NCBI GenBank assembly: GCA_009692925.1
Contig: SHYG01000003.1
Coordinates: 1 to 54,473 of the forward strand
Source of the DNA: Dehalococcoidia bacterium
Lineage (GTDB): Bacteria; Chloroflexota; Dehalococcoidia; Lucifugimonadales; UBA3495
Length of the DNA stretch: 54,473 nt
Direction: 5' to 3'
This document shows, one piece after another, positions 1 through 13,738 of this stretch. Under the pieces are notes generated by a model. The model was not told where the DNA came from and made no database searches. It saw only the letters and a program-made list of their open reading frames with translations. The position numbers were made by a program, and so were the translations under genes. Each line of letters opens with the position of its first letter. Positions within the stretch are counted from its first letter, which is position 1.

Positions 1-149
1 CCCCCTGGAGCGCGGCCAAGGTTACCCTGGCCTTGAAGGCCGGGCTGTCCTTCTTCCGTGTTTGCTTCATGGTCCTGCTCCTTCGTTTGCCTCATTTTAG
101 GAGCGGGACTCTCTCTTAGCCACCTGTACAGATTTTGGGGCCCACCTCA
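1..149 (-). mobile_element. IS3-family insertion sequence, left end and start of OrfA (runs off window)
   Basis: Minus strand begins TGAGGTGGGCCCCAAAATCTGTACA (TG terminus at 149). AAGGAG SD precedes ATG at 70, giving MKQTRKKDSPAFKARVTLAALQG, a typical IS3 OrfA HTH N-terminus. Confidence 0.85.
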
Positions 150-433
150 GTCTGGCTAAGGCCCTGGGCGCCCAGACGCTGATAATTCTCACCGACGTGC
201 GCCAGGCATCTCTGCACTACGGGAAGCCGGAGCAGCAGGACTTGCCCTGCATGACCGTCGCCCAGGCCAAGGGCTGGCTTGCGGAAGGCCACTTCTTGCC
301 GGGGAGCATGGGCCCCAAGGTGAAGGCGGCCATCGACTTTGCGGAGAGCACCGGCAACCCGGCCCTCATCACCACGCCGGAGTCCCTGGCGGCGGCTCTG
401 GACCACCGGGACGGCACCTGGATCGTGCCGTAG
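150..433 (+). pseudogene. arcC: Carbamate kinase C-terminal fragment, cut by the IS3
   Basis: Frame is open from the IS end: LAKALGAQTLIILTDVRQASLHYGKPEQ...GHFLPGSMGPKVKAAIDF...GTWIVP, including the carbamate kinase GSMGPK motif. Confidence 0.85.
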
Positions 434-581
434 TCGCTTGTCCGGCGCCTCATCCCGCTTGAGCGCATTCCCCCAGCAGGATATAATCCCACCGGCAACC
501 GCGCGAATTGCCCTTCATCCTGAGCACCCACTCATCACTGAGGCTTGCCTTAGCAGAGCGTAAGGAGAATATCCGAAAGCC

Positions 582-1244
582 ATGATTACGTCAGATTTCA
601 CCACCCAGCTCCAGAGCCTGATCCAGGCGCGGAGCCTGCTCAAGCACCCCTTCTACCAGGCGTGGAACGCGGGCACACTGCCCCTGGACTCCCTGACTGA
701 GTACGCGGGCCAGTACTACCACTTTGAGCTGGCCTACCCCACCTTCCTCAGCGGGGTGCACCACCGCTGCGCCGACCGCCAGGTGCGCCAGCTGTTGCTG
801 GAGAACCTGTGGGATGAGGAGCACGGCCCGGATAACCACGTGGAGTTGTGGCTGCGCTTCTGCGATGCCCTGGGCCTGGACCGGGCGGCGGTGCAGGCAG
901 GCGCGCCCCGGCGGGCCACCCAGGAACTGGTGGACACCTACCAGCGGCTGACTACTGAAGCCCTGCCCGCGGCAGGGGCCGGCGCCCTCTACGCCTTTGA
1001 GTCCCAGGTGCCCTTAGTTGCGGAAGCTAAGATTCGCGGCCTGCGTGACCACTACGGACTCCAGGACTCGCGGGCCATCTCCTTCTTCACGGTGCACCAG
1101 ACCCTGGACCTGCAGCACTCCGCGGCGGAGCTCCAGATGGTGCTAGGGCTGGCCGATACCCCAGAGGCCCAGCGCCAAACCCTGGCGGCAGTGGAAGAGT
1201 CCGCCACGGCCCTGTGGCAGTTCCTGGACGGGGTTTACGCCTAG
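582..1244 (+). CDS. CADD/PqqC-like heme-oxygenase-fold diiron protein (putative p-aminobenzoate synthase)
   Basis: Motifs LLKHPFYQAW, YAGQYY, ENLWDEE..NH.ELW, FESQVP.VAEAKIRGL, FF.VH..LD..H; AAGGAG SD. Confidence 0.85.
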   Translation: MITSDFTTQLQSLIQARSLLKHPFYQAWNAGTLPLDSLTEYAGQYYHFELAYPTFLSGVHHRCADRQVRQLLLENLWDEEHGPDNHVELWLRFCDALGLDRAAVQAGAPRRATQELVDTYQRLTTEALPAAGAGALYAFESQVPLVAEAKIRGLRDHYGLQDSRAISFFTVHQTLDLQHSAAELQMVLGLADTPEAQRQTLAAVEESATALWQFLDGVYA

Positions 1245-1253
1245 GCAGACGCA

Positions 1254-1571
1254 ATGAGCAAAAGAACCTCGAATCCAGGGGCTACCTTGGACGAAACTTT
1301 GCATACGCTCAAACTCAATCTCCCGGAGCTAAGGCAAAGCTACGGGGTCAAGAGCCTTGGCGTGTTTGGCTCTTACGCCAGGCGGGAGAACCGGCCTCGA
1401 AGCGACCTGGACCTGCTGGTGGAGTTCCACCGGGCGCCGACATTCTTTGAGTTCGTGCGTCTGGAGCGCTGCCTGACCACCATGCTGGGAGTCAAGGTAG
1501 ACTTGGTCATGAAAACCGCGCTGAAGCCAGAGATTGGCAAACGCATCTTGGCTGAGGTGATGCAGGTGTAA
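1254..1571 (+). CDS. MNT-type minimal nucleotidyltransferase (HEPN/MNT antitoxin), no partner gene
   Basis: GVKSLGVFGSYAR.E.RP.SDLDLLVEF, LGVKVDLV, 105 aa. Confidence 0.85.
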   Translation: MSKRTSNPGATLDETLHTLKLNLPELRQSYGVKSLGVFGSYARRENRPRSDLDLLVEFHRAPTFFEFVRLERCLTTMLGVKVDLVMKTALKPEIGKRILAEVMQV

Positions 1572-1594
1572 GGTGAGGAAAAGCCGAATCGGTA

Positions 1595-2059
1595 TCAGCT
1601 CTTTGGGACTCGCGCCAGAACCTTATCCCACCTTGCCTCGTGGCTGCTGGCGTCCTTGAGTGGCAGCGAAACCACAGCCGTGGCCGTGGATTCGTGGCCG
1701 TACTTTTGCCGGTACTTGCACTGATACTTCAAGTGGTATGGCATGAGAATGCCATGTAATTCGCGGGAAGTGAGAATGAAGTAACGAGGCGATTCCTTTT
1801 TATCTTCTGGGATTTTCACAAAGACCCAGAGTTGGTCCGATGGTTCAGGAATCCGATTTCCTACGACCCACTTCTTGGCTGTTGTGGAGTTTACTTCAAG
1901 GACAACAGCGCTGACCCTGGAGGCCGAGAGCACGACCACGTCAGCTTGCTTGGCGTTACCGTAAGTGACCGCAGCCGATGCTCCACGGCGCTGAAGCTCT
2001 GCAGCGACGAAGAACTCACCGGCAAGACTGAGAAAGAGTTTCCGTTCTTGATTGGTCAT
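1595..2059 (-). CDS. Small PD-(D/E)XK nuclease-like protein
   Basis: AGEFFVAAELQRRG...GNAKQADVV...LEVN motif layout; GC lower than flanks. Confidence 0.55.
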   Translation of the reverse strand: MTNQERKLFLSLAGEFFVAAELQRRGASAAVTYGNAKQADVVVLSASRVSAVVLEVNSTTAKKWVVGNRIPEPSDQLWVFVKIPEDKKESPRYFILTSRELHGILMPYHLKYQCKYRQKYGHESTATAVVSLPLKDASSHEARWDKVLARVPKS

Positions 2060-2173
2060 GGGGCTAACCTACCACACCTGCCCTTCAGGCGGAACTTACG
2101 CACCACCCAGTTGGTGTTAGTGTCACCCACCAACTTGAGCCTTCCCACTACAGCAGGCTATAATCCCCTAACT

Positions 2174-3211
2174 ATGCAGATTAAGGACCTGGGCGAGTTC
2201 GGGCTGATTGAACGGCTGATTGCCATGGCCACCCGCCAGCGGGGCGGGCCGGACCACGGCGCGCCCCTGGGCTTCCGGCTGACCGTGGATGCTGGCGACG
2301 ACACCGCCGCCTGGCGCACCGGCGTCGCCACTGAGCTGTTCACCACCGACACCATGGTGGAGGGCGTCCACTTCACCCGGGAAACTACCCCCTGGCGCGA
2401 CCTGGGCTGGAAGTCCATGGCTTCCAACATCAGCGACATCGCCGCGATGGGCGGGCTTCCCACCTACGCCCTGGTCACCTTGGGCCTGCCCCCGGAAACG
2501 GCGGTGGCCGACATCGAAGAGCTGTACCTAGGGATGCTGGAGATCAACCGCCAGCACGGGGTGTCCATTGTGGGCGGCGACATGGTGCGGTCGCCGGTGG
2601 CCTTCATCACCGTGGCCCTCACCGGCGTGCACCCCGGCCAGCCGCTGTTGCGCTCCACCGCCCGGCCCGGCGACCAGATGGGCGTCACCGGCTACGTAGG
2701 GAGCTCCGGCGGCGGCCTGCGGCTGATGCTGGAGCATTCTGCGGTGCCTGCCAAGGCGGCGGAGTACCTGCGACAGGCCCACCGCCGGCCCCAGCCCGCC
2801 GTGGCCCAGGGCCGCATCCTGTCGGAGGCGGGTGTGCTCGCTGCCATGGACATCAGCGACGGACTGGCCGACGATCTCTCCAAGCTGTGCAAGGCCAGCG
2901 GCGTGGCTGCCCGCATCTTTGCCAGCCAAGTCCCCATCCATCCGCTGTTGCGCCAGGCCTTCCCAGATCGCTGCCTAGAGCTGGCGCTGGGCGGCGGCGA
3001 GGACTACCTTCTGCTGTTCACCGCGCCGCCCAAGCTGATGTCAGAAGTGCTGCCCCGGCTGCCCCAGGGCGCGGCGGTTATCGGGGAGATCGTGGCCGGC
3101 CAGCCTGGGCAAGTGGAGCTGGTTGACCCCGCAGGGGTGGCTCATGCTGCCGGGTCGCTGGGCTGGGACCACTTCACCGGCGACCCCCATGCCGCGCCGG
3201 ACAGATCATGA
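2174..3211 (+). CDS. thiL: Thiamine-monophosphate kinase
   Basis: LGEFGLI, GDDTA, TTDTMVEGVHF, NISDIAAMGG, MDISDGL, GGEDY; start at ATG 2174. Confidence 0.95.
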   Translation: MQIKDLGEFGLIERLIAMATRQRGGPDHGAPLGFRLTVDAGDDTAAWRTGVATELFTTDTMVEGVHFTRETTPWRDLGWKSMASNISDIAAMGGLPTYALVTLGLPPETAVADIEELYLGMLEINRQHGVSIVGGDMVRSPVAFITVALTGVHPGQPLLRSTARPGDQMGVTGYVGSSGGGLRLMLEHSAVPAKAAEYLRQAHRRPQPAVAQGRILSEAGVLAAMDISDGLADDLSKLCKASGVAARIFASQVPIHPLLRQAFPDRCLELALGGGEDYLLLFTAPPKLMSEVLPRLPQGAAVIGEIVAGQPGQVELVDPAGVAHAAGSLGWDHFTGDPHAAPDRS

Positions 3212-3711
3212 CGCCCGCCCTGACCATTTACTCCTGTAGCCCCGAGGAGACTCAGACCGTGGGTCGCGTGTTGGGCCAGCAGGCTCAGGCTGGGGACATC
3301 TTTCTCCTCACCGGCCCCCTGGGCGCGGGCAAGACCTGCCTTACCCAGGGCATCGCCTGGGGTTTGGGGGTGACCGGCTACACCCGCAGCCCAACCTTTG
3401 TAATCATGACCCGCCACCAGGGGCGGCTGACCCTGTACCACCTGGACCTGTACCGCATTAGCGACCCTTTGGAGGCGTGGGACTTGGGCCTGGACGAGGC
3501 GCTGTTTGGCGACGGCGTGTGCGTGGTAGAGTGGGCCAGCCGGGCCAGCGACCTGTTCCCCCCTGAGGCGCTGTGGGTCAGTTTGGACTACGCAGAGGAT
3601 GAAGACCGGCGCAGCCTCAGCTTCTCCGCCGGGGCCGCAGACCGTCATCGGACGCTGCTGGCGGACTTGGCGCGACGCTTCCCCGTAGCGCCAAAGGCGG
3701 TCACGCCCTAG
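3208..3711 (+). CDS. tsaE: t6A biosynthesis ATPase TsaE
   Basis: LTGPLGAGKT, SPTF, HLDLYR, VEW motifs. Confidence 0.95.
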   Translation: MTPALTIYSCSPEETQTVGRVLGQQAQAGDIFLLTGPLGAGKTCLTQGIAWGLGVTGYTRSPTFVIMTRHQGRLTLYHLDLYRISDPLEAWDLGLDEALFGDGVCVVEWASRASDLFPPEALWVSLDYAEDEDRRSLSFSAGAADRHRTLLADLARRFPVAPKAVTP

Positions 3712-4421
3712 TGCTGCTGGCCATTGACACCTCCACTCGCTATGCTGGCGTGGCGTTGGCCCATGAGGGGCGGGTGTTGTCCTGCCGCTGCTGGCACTCC
3801 ACGGTCAACCACACCACGGAGCTGATGCCGGCGGTGGCCCAGACCCTGGAGGCCCGCAGTCTGGCGGTGCGGGATCTGGAGGGCATCGCCGTGGCCCTGG
3901 GGCCCGGCGGGTTCAGCTCCCTGCGAGTCGGCCTCAGCGCCGCCAAGGGTCTGGCCAAGGCGGCGGGCCTGCCGCTGGCGGGCGTGGTCACCCTGGACTT
4001 GGAGGCATTCCCGTATATGGCGTTGGGTCTGCCGGTATGCGCCTGGCTGGACGCCGGCCGCGGCGAGGTTGCGGCGGCCTGCTTCGGCCCCGGCGGCCAG
4101 CGCTGTCAGGCCGACACCATCGGCACGCCAGAGGCGCTGCTGGAGGCCCTGCCGGCTTCGGCTACCCAGCCAACCCTGTTCTGCGGCGAAGGTGTGATGC
4201 CCTGGGCGGGCTTAATCAAAGACCGCCTGGGGCCTGGCGCGTTGGTGGTAGCCCAGTCCTCCCCCGCCGTGCGATTGTCGTCCCTGGTGGAGTTGGGCGG
4301 ACAAAGGCTGGCCGCCGGGCAAGTCAGCGAGCTGGCGGCCCTCCAGCCCTACTACCTGCGCATGCCAACGCTGGGCAGCCCCAAGCGGCGGGACTGGACG
4401 CCCCAGCGGTCGCAAGCCTGA
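3711..4421 (+). CDS. tsaB: t6A biosynthesis protein TsaB
   Basis: LLAIDTST, GPGGFSSLRVG, DAGRGEV, LQPYYLR; follows tsaE. Confidence 0.93.
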   Translation: MLLAIDTSTRYAGVALAHEGRVLSCRCWHSTVNHTTELMPAVAQTLEARSLAVRDLEGIAVALGPGGFSSLRVGLSAAKGLAKAAGLPLAGVVTLDLEAFPYMALGLPVCAWLDAGRGEVAAACFGPGGQRCQADTIGTPEALLEALPASATQPTLFCGEGVMPWAGLIKDRLGPGALVVAQSSPAVRLSSLVELGGQRLAAGQVSELAALQPYYLRMPTLGSPKRRDWTPQRSQA

Positions 4422-4428
4422 TTACGGT

Positions 4429-4462
4429 TTCACCGCTGAGAGCGCGGAGAACGCAGAGACGT
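4429..4462 (+). repeat. Short purine-rich tandem motif (caccgctgagagcgcggagaacgcagaga)
   Basis: Three imperfect cgc(t/g/a)gaga units directly after the tsaB stop. Confidence 0.4.
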
Positions 4463-4480
4463 AAGGTGGGAACTGAGTGG

Positions 4481-4618
4481 TATCTGGGGATTGTGGGGAA
4501 ACGGGGAGTGCAGAGGGGAGAAGCCTCTCGCCGGGGGTCTGGGGGTGTCCCCCAGACTTAATCTTCTCCCCCCTTCCTGGCAGGAAGGGGGTCAGGGGGA
4601 TGGTCGAAGCCCCCGATA
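4481..4618. repeat. MITE-like element with TA-terminated inverted ends and internal hairpins
   Basis: tatctggggatt (4481-4492) matches the reverse complement of aagcccccgata (4607-4618) at 10/12. Internal hairpins gtctggggg/cccccagac and cccccttcctg/caggaaggggg. Confidence 0.5.
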
Positions 4619-4723
4619 TATACATTCTACGGTGAAAAGAGGGATGGTTCTCCCATTCCTGGCGGCCCCGGCGATAGGACTACATTGCCAACGAGATTCG
4701 GATGGAGGGAAGGGATACAAATT

Positions 4724-5182
4724 ATGTCTATGGAACGAACCTTGGTGCTGGTCAAACCCGATGGCGTGCAGCGCGGTTTGGTGGGCGAAATTATCTCCAG
4801 GCTGGAGCGGCGCGGTCTCAAGCTGGCGGGGATGAAGCTAATGCAGGTGGACTACGACCTGGCCCGGCGGCATTACGCCGAGCATGTGGCGCGGCCCTTC
4901 TTCAGCGGCCTGGTGGGGTTCATCACCTCGAGCCCGGTGGTGGCTATGGTGTGGGAGGGCAGCAACGCCGTGGAACTGGTGCGGCAGATCATGGGCGCCA
5001 CCGACCCCGTAAAGTCGGCGCCGGGCACCATTCGCGCCGACCTGGCGGTCAACATTGGCCGGAACCTGGTGCATGGGTCAGACAAGCCGGAATCGGCCCA
5101 GCGGGAGATCGCCCTGTTCTTCCAGCCCCAGGAGATTCTGGACTACCCCCGGAGCAACGACGCCTGGATTACAGAACCCTGA
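4724..5182 (+). CDS. ndk: Nucleoside diphosphate kinase
   Basis: [28 protein letters not shown]; start may be 4730. Confidence 0.97.
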   Translation: MSMERTLVLVKPDGVQRGLVGEIISRLERRGLKLAGMKLMQVDYDLARRHYAEHVARPFFSGLVGFITSSPVVAMVWEGSNAVELVRQIMGATDPVKSAPGTIRADLAVNIGRNLVHGSDKPESAQREIALFFQPQEILDYPRSNDAWITEP

Positions 5183-5513
5183 CCACCTGCGGCGCGCGGG
5201 CCCACAGGCGCTCCAGCCCGTAGAACTCCCGCTCGGTGGGGCCAAAGATATGCACCACCACGTCGCTGAAGTCCAGCAGCACCCAGCCGCCGGTGGAGCT
5301 GCCCTCCCGGTGGTGGAGGCGGACGCGGGCTTCCTTCATGGCGTGAGCCAGGTCCTCCTCCAGGGCCTGAATCTGGCGGGCTGACTCCGCCGACATAATT
5401 ACGAAATAGTCGGCAAAGGGGGCCGTCTGGCGCAGGTCCAGCAGGACAATGTCGTCCGCCAGCTTGTCCGAAGCTACGTCTACCAGTTGCCGGGCTACTT
5501 CCGTCGGGTCCAG
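5169..5513 (-). CDS. rsfS: Ribosome silencing factor, probable CTG start
   Basis: [44 protein letters not shown]; AAGGAGG lies 6 nt before CTG at 5513. Confidence 0.92.
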   Translation of the reverse strand: MDPTEVARQLVDVASDKLADDIVLLDLRQTAPFADYFVIMSAESARQIQALEEDLAHAMKEARVRLHHREGSSTGGWVLLDFSDVVVHIFGPTEREFYGLERLWARAPQVVRVL

Positions 5514-5685
5514 TGCGGGCCTCCTTGCGATTCGGGTGCAGTTAGCGTGAAGCTAATCTGAGTATAAGTGCCATCCCTGGGCCAGGTCAACCTGGGGGAA
5601 TGCACCCTCAACCGCGCCCTTGGGGGTATGATAACCTGGAACTGTTGCACCATTTGCCCGCCTCCCGCAGGCTGGGCGGAGTGCT

Positions 5686-6658
5686 ATGAAACTAGCTGTT
5701 TCCACAATTTTCGTGGTCGCCTGGACACTACTGTTGGCGGTGGTCTGCTCCTACGCGCCGGATGCCGACCCCCCGCAAACTGGCGCCGGCCAAAGCTAAC
5801 TTCATCGGCGAGCTGCGGGTGGCTGACATCTTGAAGGACCCTGACCTAGAGAAGCTCTACGCCGCGGTGCCCAAGGGGTCGGATCATCCCAAGACCCTCC
5901 AGGACCTGCTGGCCTCGCAAAGTCTGGAGATGGGAATCGACCTTCGCACCGTCCGCACCGCGGTAGTCTTTGGCGACTCCTCTGCTGCTGGCGACTATGT
6001 GGGCGCCATCCTGCAGGGTCAGTTTGAACCGCAGGCGCTGCTGTCGGCCTTGGGTAAGTCCAACCCAGGCGCCACCGAGACTAAGTACAAAAACCGTCAG
6101 GCGTACATTGGCAAGGATGACGACGGCGAGGTTGCCTACACGCTGTTGAGCAAAGAGCTTCTGGTGGTGGGCGACCCTTCCGCGGTGCGAGGGGTGATTG
6201 ACGTTCACCAGGGCGACCAACCACCCTTGTCCGGCGTGGTCTGGGACACCTTTCAAGCCCTGGGCAACCCTATGTTCCGGGTGGCGGCGAAGGTGCCCCA
6301 GAATGCCTTCGACGACTCTGACTCGCCCCTGAGCGACCTGCCCGGCCTGGGCGGCATGCCGCTGGGCGCTGAGGCTCTGAAATCCTTGGAAGTAGTGGGG
6401 CTGTCCCTGGACAAGACCGGCCAGAACCTGAAGTTGCACGCCCAGTTGGACTGCAGTGACGCCGATTCCGCCAGCCGGACGGAGGCGATGCTCAGCGGCG
6501 GCCTCAGCTTGCTGCGCGGCTTCAGCAACGACCGGCAGTTGCGAGACCTCCTTGACCAGATACAGGTGAAAGTTGACGGCAAGCGCATGGATGTGGTCTT
6601 TCAGGCGGCTGGGGCCGACCTTCAGGCGCTAGCCGCCAAACCGGGGCTTCGGCCCTAG
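5686..6658 (+). pseudogene. Exported/lipoprotein-like hypothetical protein with +1 frameshift in a C6 run
   Basis: ATG 5686 gives signal-like MKLAVSTIFVVAWTLLLAVVC. Removing one C at 5769-5774 joins it to the 5762-6658 ORF (DADPRKLAPAKANF...). Confidence 0.65.
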
Positions 6659-6679
6659 CTGGCCCATTCCCCCTGCGGC

Positions 6680-6890
6680 AGCTCTCGTCATTCCGGCGGA
6701 AGCCGGAACCCAGGGTGACAGTTCCGCATCTATCTTCCGTGTCTAGGCGAAGTGGCTGGATTCCGGCTTCCGCCGGAATGACGAGAGCTATGTCGCCGCT
6801 ATTTGTGCGCAAGGCCGACGGCGTTTCCTCTTTGGCTGCGGCCATTTCCCCTTCCCACAATCCGCTTGAGAATCCGGGATGACTCATGTA
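6680..6890. repeat. CGTC-type palindromic repeat doublet, copy A (empty)
   Basis: 34-bp inverted arms 6680-6713 and 6756-6789 (1 mismatch), each self-palindromic; distal motif tccgggatgactcatgta at 6873-6890. Confidence 0.85.
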
Positions 6891-7107
6891 CGGCCTTCCG
6901 CCGCCGCGCCAACGAGCCTACCCAAAAGCCAGGGCCAAGACTATAATGCTACCCAACCCAAGGGCGTTGTGATATATTTAACAAAGCTCAGTGGCCTGGG
7001 CAGGGTATCTGTTTTACTTTTTGTCAAGGTGCCCTGCGCCGGCCGCGTAGCCCGAATCCGGGTTGGGCCTGGGCCGGCATCAAGCCCCCAGGCTAGGGGT
7101 CACAGCT

Positions 7108-11656
<4,549 letters not shown>

Positions 11657-11664
<8 letters not shown>

Positions 11665-12244
11665 GATGGTGTCGGTTCGCGTTTTTACAGCCGATGACCT
11701 GCTGCGGCTGCCCGATGACGGCTGGCGCTATGAGCTGGTGCGCGGGGGGCTGAGAAAGATGGCGCCTGCCGGGAAACATCACGGGGTTCTCGCCGTACGG
11801 GTTACCTGGCGGCTGGCGCAGTACGTGGAAGCCCATAGCCTGGGAGACGTCTGTGCGGCGGAGACGGGGTTCCGACTCTCCTCTGCACCGGACACAGTGC
11901 TGGCTCCTGACGTAGCCTTTATCAGTCGGCAGAGGCTCAGCGAGGTCGGGAGAGAAGTAGAAGGCTACTGGCCGGGCGCTCCCGACCTTGTCGTGGAGGT
12001 GATCTCACCCTCGGACACGTATACCGAGGTGGACACGAAAGTTCTCAAGTGGCTGGCTGGCGGCGCCCGCATGGTAGTAGTGATCAACCCACGCACCAAG
12101 AGAGTGGCCGTTTATCGCTCTCCCACCGATGTCACCATCCTGGGCGACCGTGATGTCCTGGACGGGCAGGATGTGGTCCCAGGCTGGACCATGGCGCTGG
12201 CAGACCTCTTCGCCGGGCCTGCTTCGGAATCAGCGGAGAGCTGA
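11657..12244 (+). CDS. Uma2 (DUF820) family endonuclease-like protein
   Basis: RYELVRG.L..M.P...[22 protein letters not shown]; overlaps the gltB stop. Confidence 0.9.
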
Positions 12245-12258
12245 GCATATAGCAGACT

Positions 12259-13710
12259 ATGGGAAAGATTACAGGGTTCGTGGAGTTCAGGCGGGAGCCG
12301 CCCAAGCGGCAGTCCCCCCAAGAACGCAAGCAGCATTACCGGGAGTTCTACCAGCGCTGGACTGACGAGCAGGCCAGAAAGCAGGGCGGCCGGTGTATGG
12401 ACTGCGCCGTGCCCTTCTGCCATATGGGGTGCCCCCTGGGCAACGTCATCCCCGAGTTCAACCACCAGGCCTACCTGGGCAACTGGCAGAAGGCCCTGCA
12501 GATTCTCCTCAGCACCAACAACTTCCCGGAGGTGACTGGCCGCATCTGTCCCGCGCCCTGCGAATCCTCCTGCGTCCTGGCCATCAACGCCGACCCCGTG
12601 ACTATTGAGTACATGGAGAAGGAGATTGCCGACCGCGGTTTTGCCGAGGGCTGGATCAAGGCCGAGCCGCCTGTGCACCGCACCGGCAAGACCGTGGTGG
12701 TAGTGGGTTCCGGCCCGTCGGGTCTGGCGGCGGCCCAGCAGTTGAACCGCGCCGGGCACTGGGTCACCGTGCTGGAGCGCGCCGACCGCATCGGCGGGTT
12801 GCTGGCCCTGGGTATCCCCGACTTCAAGCTGGATAAGGGTGTGCTGGGCCGCCGCGTTGAGCTGATGGCCGAAGAGGGCATCACCTTCCGCACCGGCGTT
12901 AACGTGGGGGTCAACTACTCTGTGGCGGAGCTACGGGGCAGTTTTGACGCCGTCTGCCTCACCGGCGGCTCCACCCAGGCCCGGGACCTTCCGGTGCCCG
13001 GCCGCGAGCTTCAGGGCGTTCATTTTGCCATGGAATACCTCAGCCAGCAGAACCGCGCGCTGTCGGGGGAGCAGGTTGCTCCGGAGCGGCGTATCACCGC
13101 GGAGGGCAAGCGGGTGATAATCCTTGGTGGCGGCGACACTGGCTCCGACTGCCTGGGCACGGCCCACCGGCAGGGGGCTGAGGTGGTGTACCAAATGGAG
13201 TTGCTGCCCGAGCTGCCCCAAGACCGGCGGGCCAACAACCCCTGGCCTCAGTGGCCGTTTACCCTGCGGATCTCCACCTCCCAGGAGGAGGGTGGCGTCC
13301 GGGACTTCAACGTGCTGACCAAGTCCTTCTCCGGCAGCAACGGCAAGCTGGAACGGCTGCACGCGGTGCGGGTGGACTGGACTCCGGCGGCGCCCAACGC
13401 CCGCCCGGCGATGAAAGAGGTGCCCGGCAGCGAGTTTGTCATCGAGGCGGACCTGGTGCTGCTGGCTATGGGCTTCCTCCACCCGGAACACGAGGGAATG
13501 CTGGCCCAGCTAGGCGTGGCGCTGGATGGCCGGGGCAACGTGAAGGTGGACCGCTACCGGATGACCAACCTCCCCGGCGTCTTTGCCGGAGGCGACATGG
13601 TGCGCGGCCAGTCGCTGGTGGTGTGGGCCATCGCCGAAGGGCGAGAGGTGGCTCGGGGCGCGGACCGCTACCTGGTGGGGGAGACCAGCCTGCCGCCGTC
13701 GTTGGAGTAG
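12259..13710 (+). CDS. gltD: Glutamate synthase small subunit
   Basis: [52 protein letters not shown]. Confidence 0.97.
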   Translation: MGKITGFVEFRREPPKRQSPQERKQHYREFYQRWTDEQARKQGGRCMDCAVPFCHMGCPLGNVIPEFNHQAYLGNWQKALQILLSTNNFPEVTGRICPAPCESSCVLAINADPVTIEYMEKEIADRGFAEGWIKAEPPVHRTGKTVVVVGSGPSGLAAAQQLNRAGHWVTVLERADRIGGLLALGIPDFKLDKGVLGRRVELMAEEGITFRTGVNVGVNYSVAELRGSFDAVCLTGGSTQARDLPVPGRELQGVHFAMEYLSQQNRALSGEQVAPERRITAEGKRVIILGGGDTGSDCLGTAHRQGAEVVYQMELLPELPQDRRANNPWPQWPFTLRISTSQEEGGVRDFNVLTKSFSGSNGKLERLHAVRVDWTPAAPNARPAMKEVPGSEFVIEADLVLLAMGFLHPEHEGMLAQLGVALDGRGNVKVDRYRMTNLPGVFAGGDMVRGQSLVVWAIAEGREVARGADRYLVGETSLPPSLE

Positions 13711-13738
13711 GCACGGGGCGGACACCGCGGGACAACGA

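Noticed and set aside
1832-2173. N-terminal extensions in the ORF track (thiL from 1832, argS from 31503, phnE2 from 50708, binding proteins from 43977 and 46166)
   Set aside because: Family motifs and SD positions point to later starts; the extensions overlap other genes or promoters.
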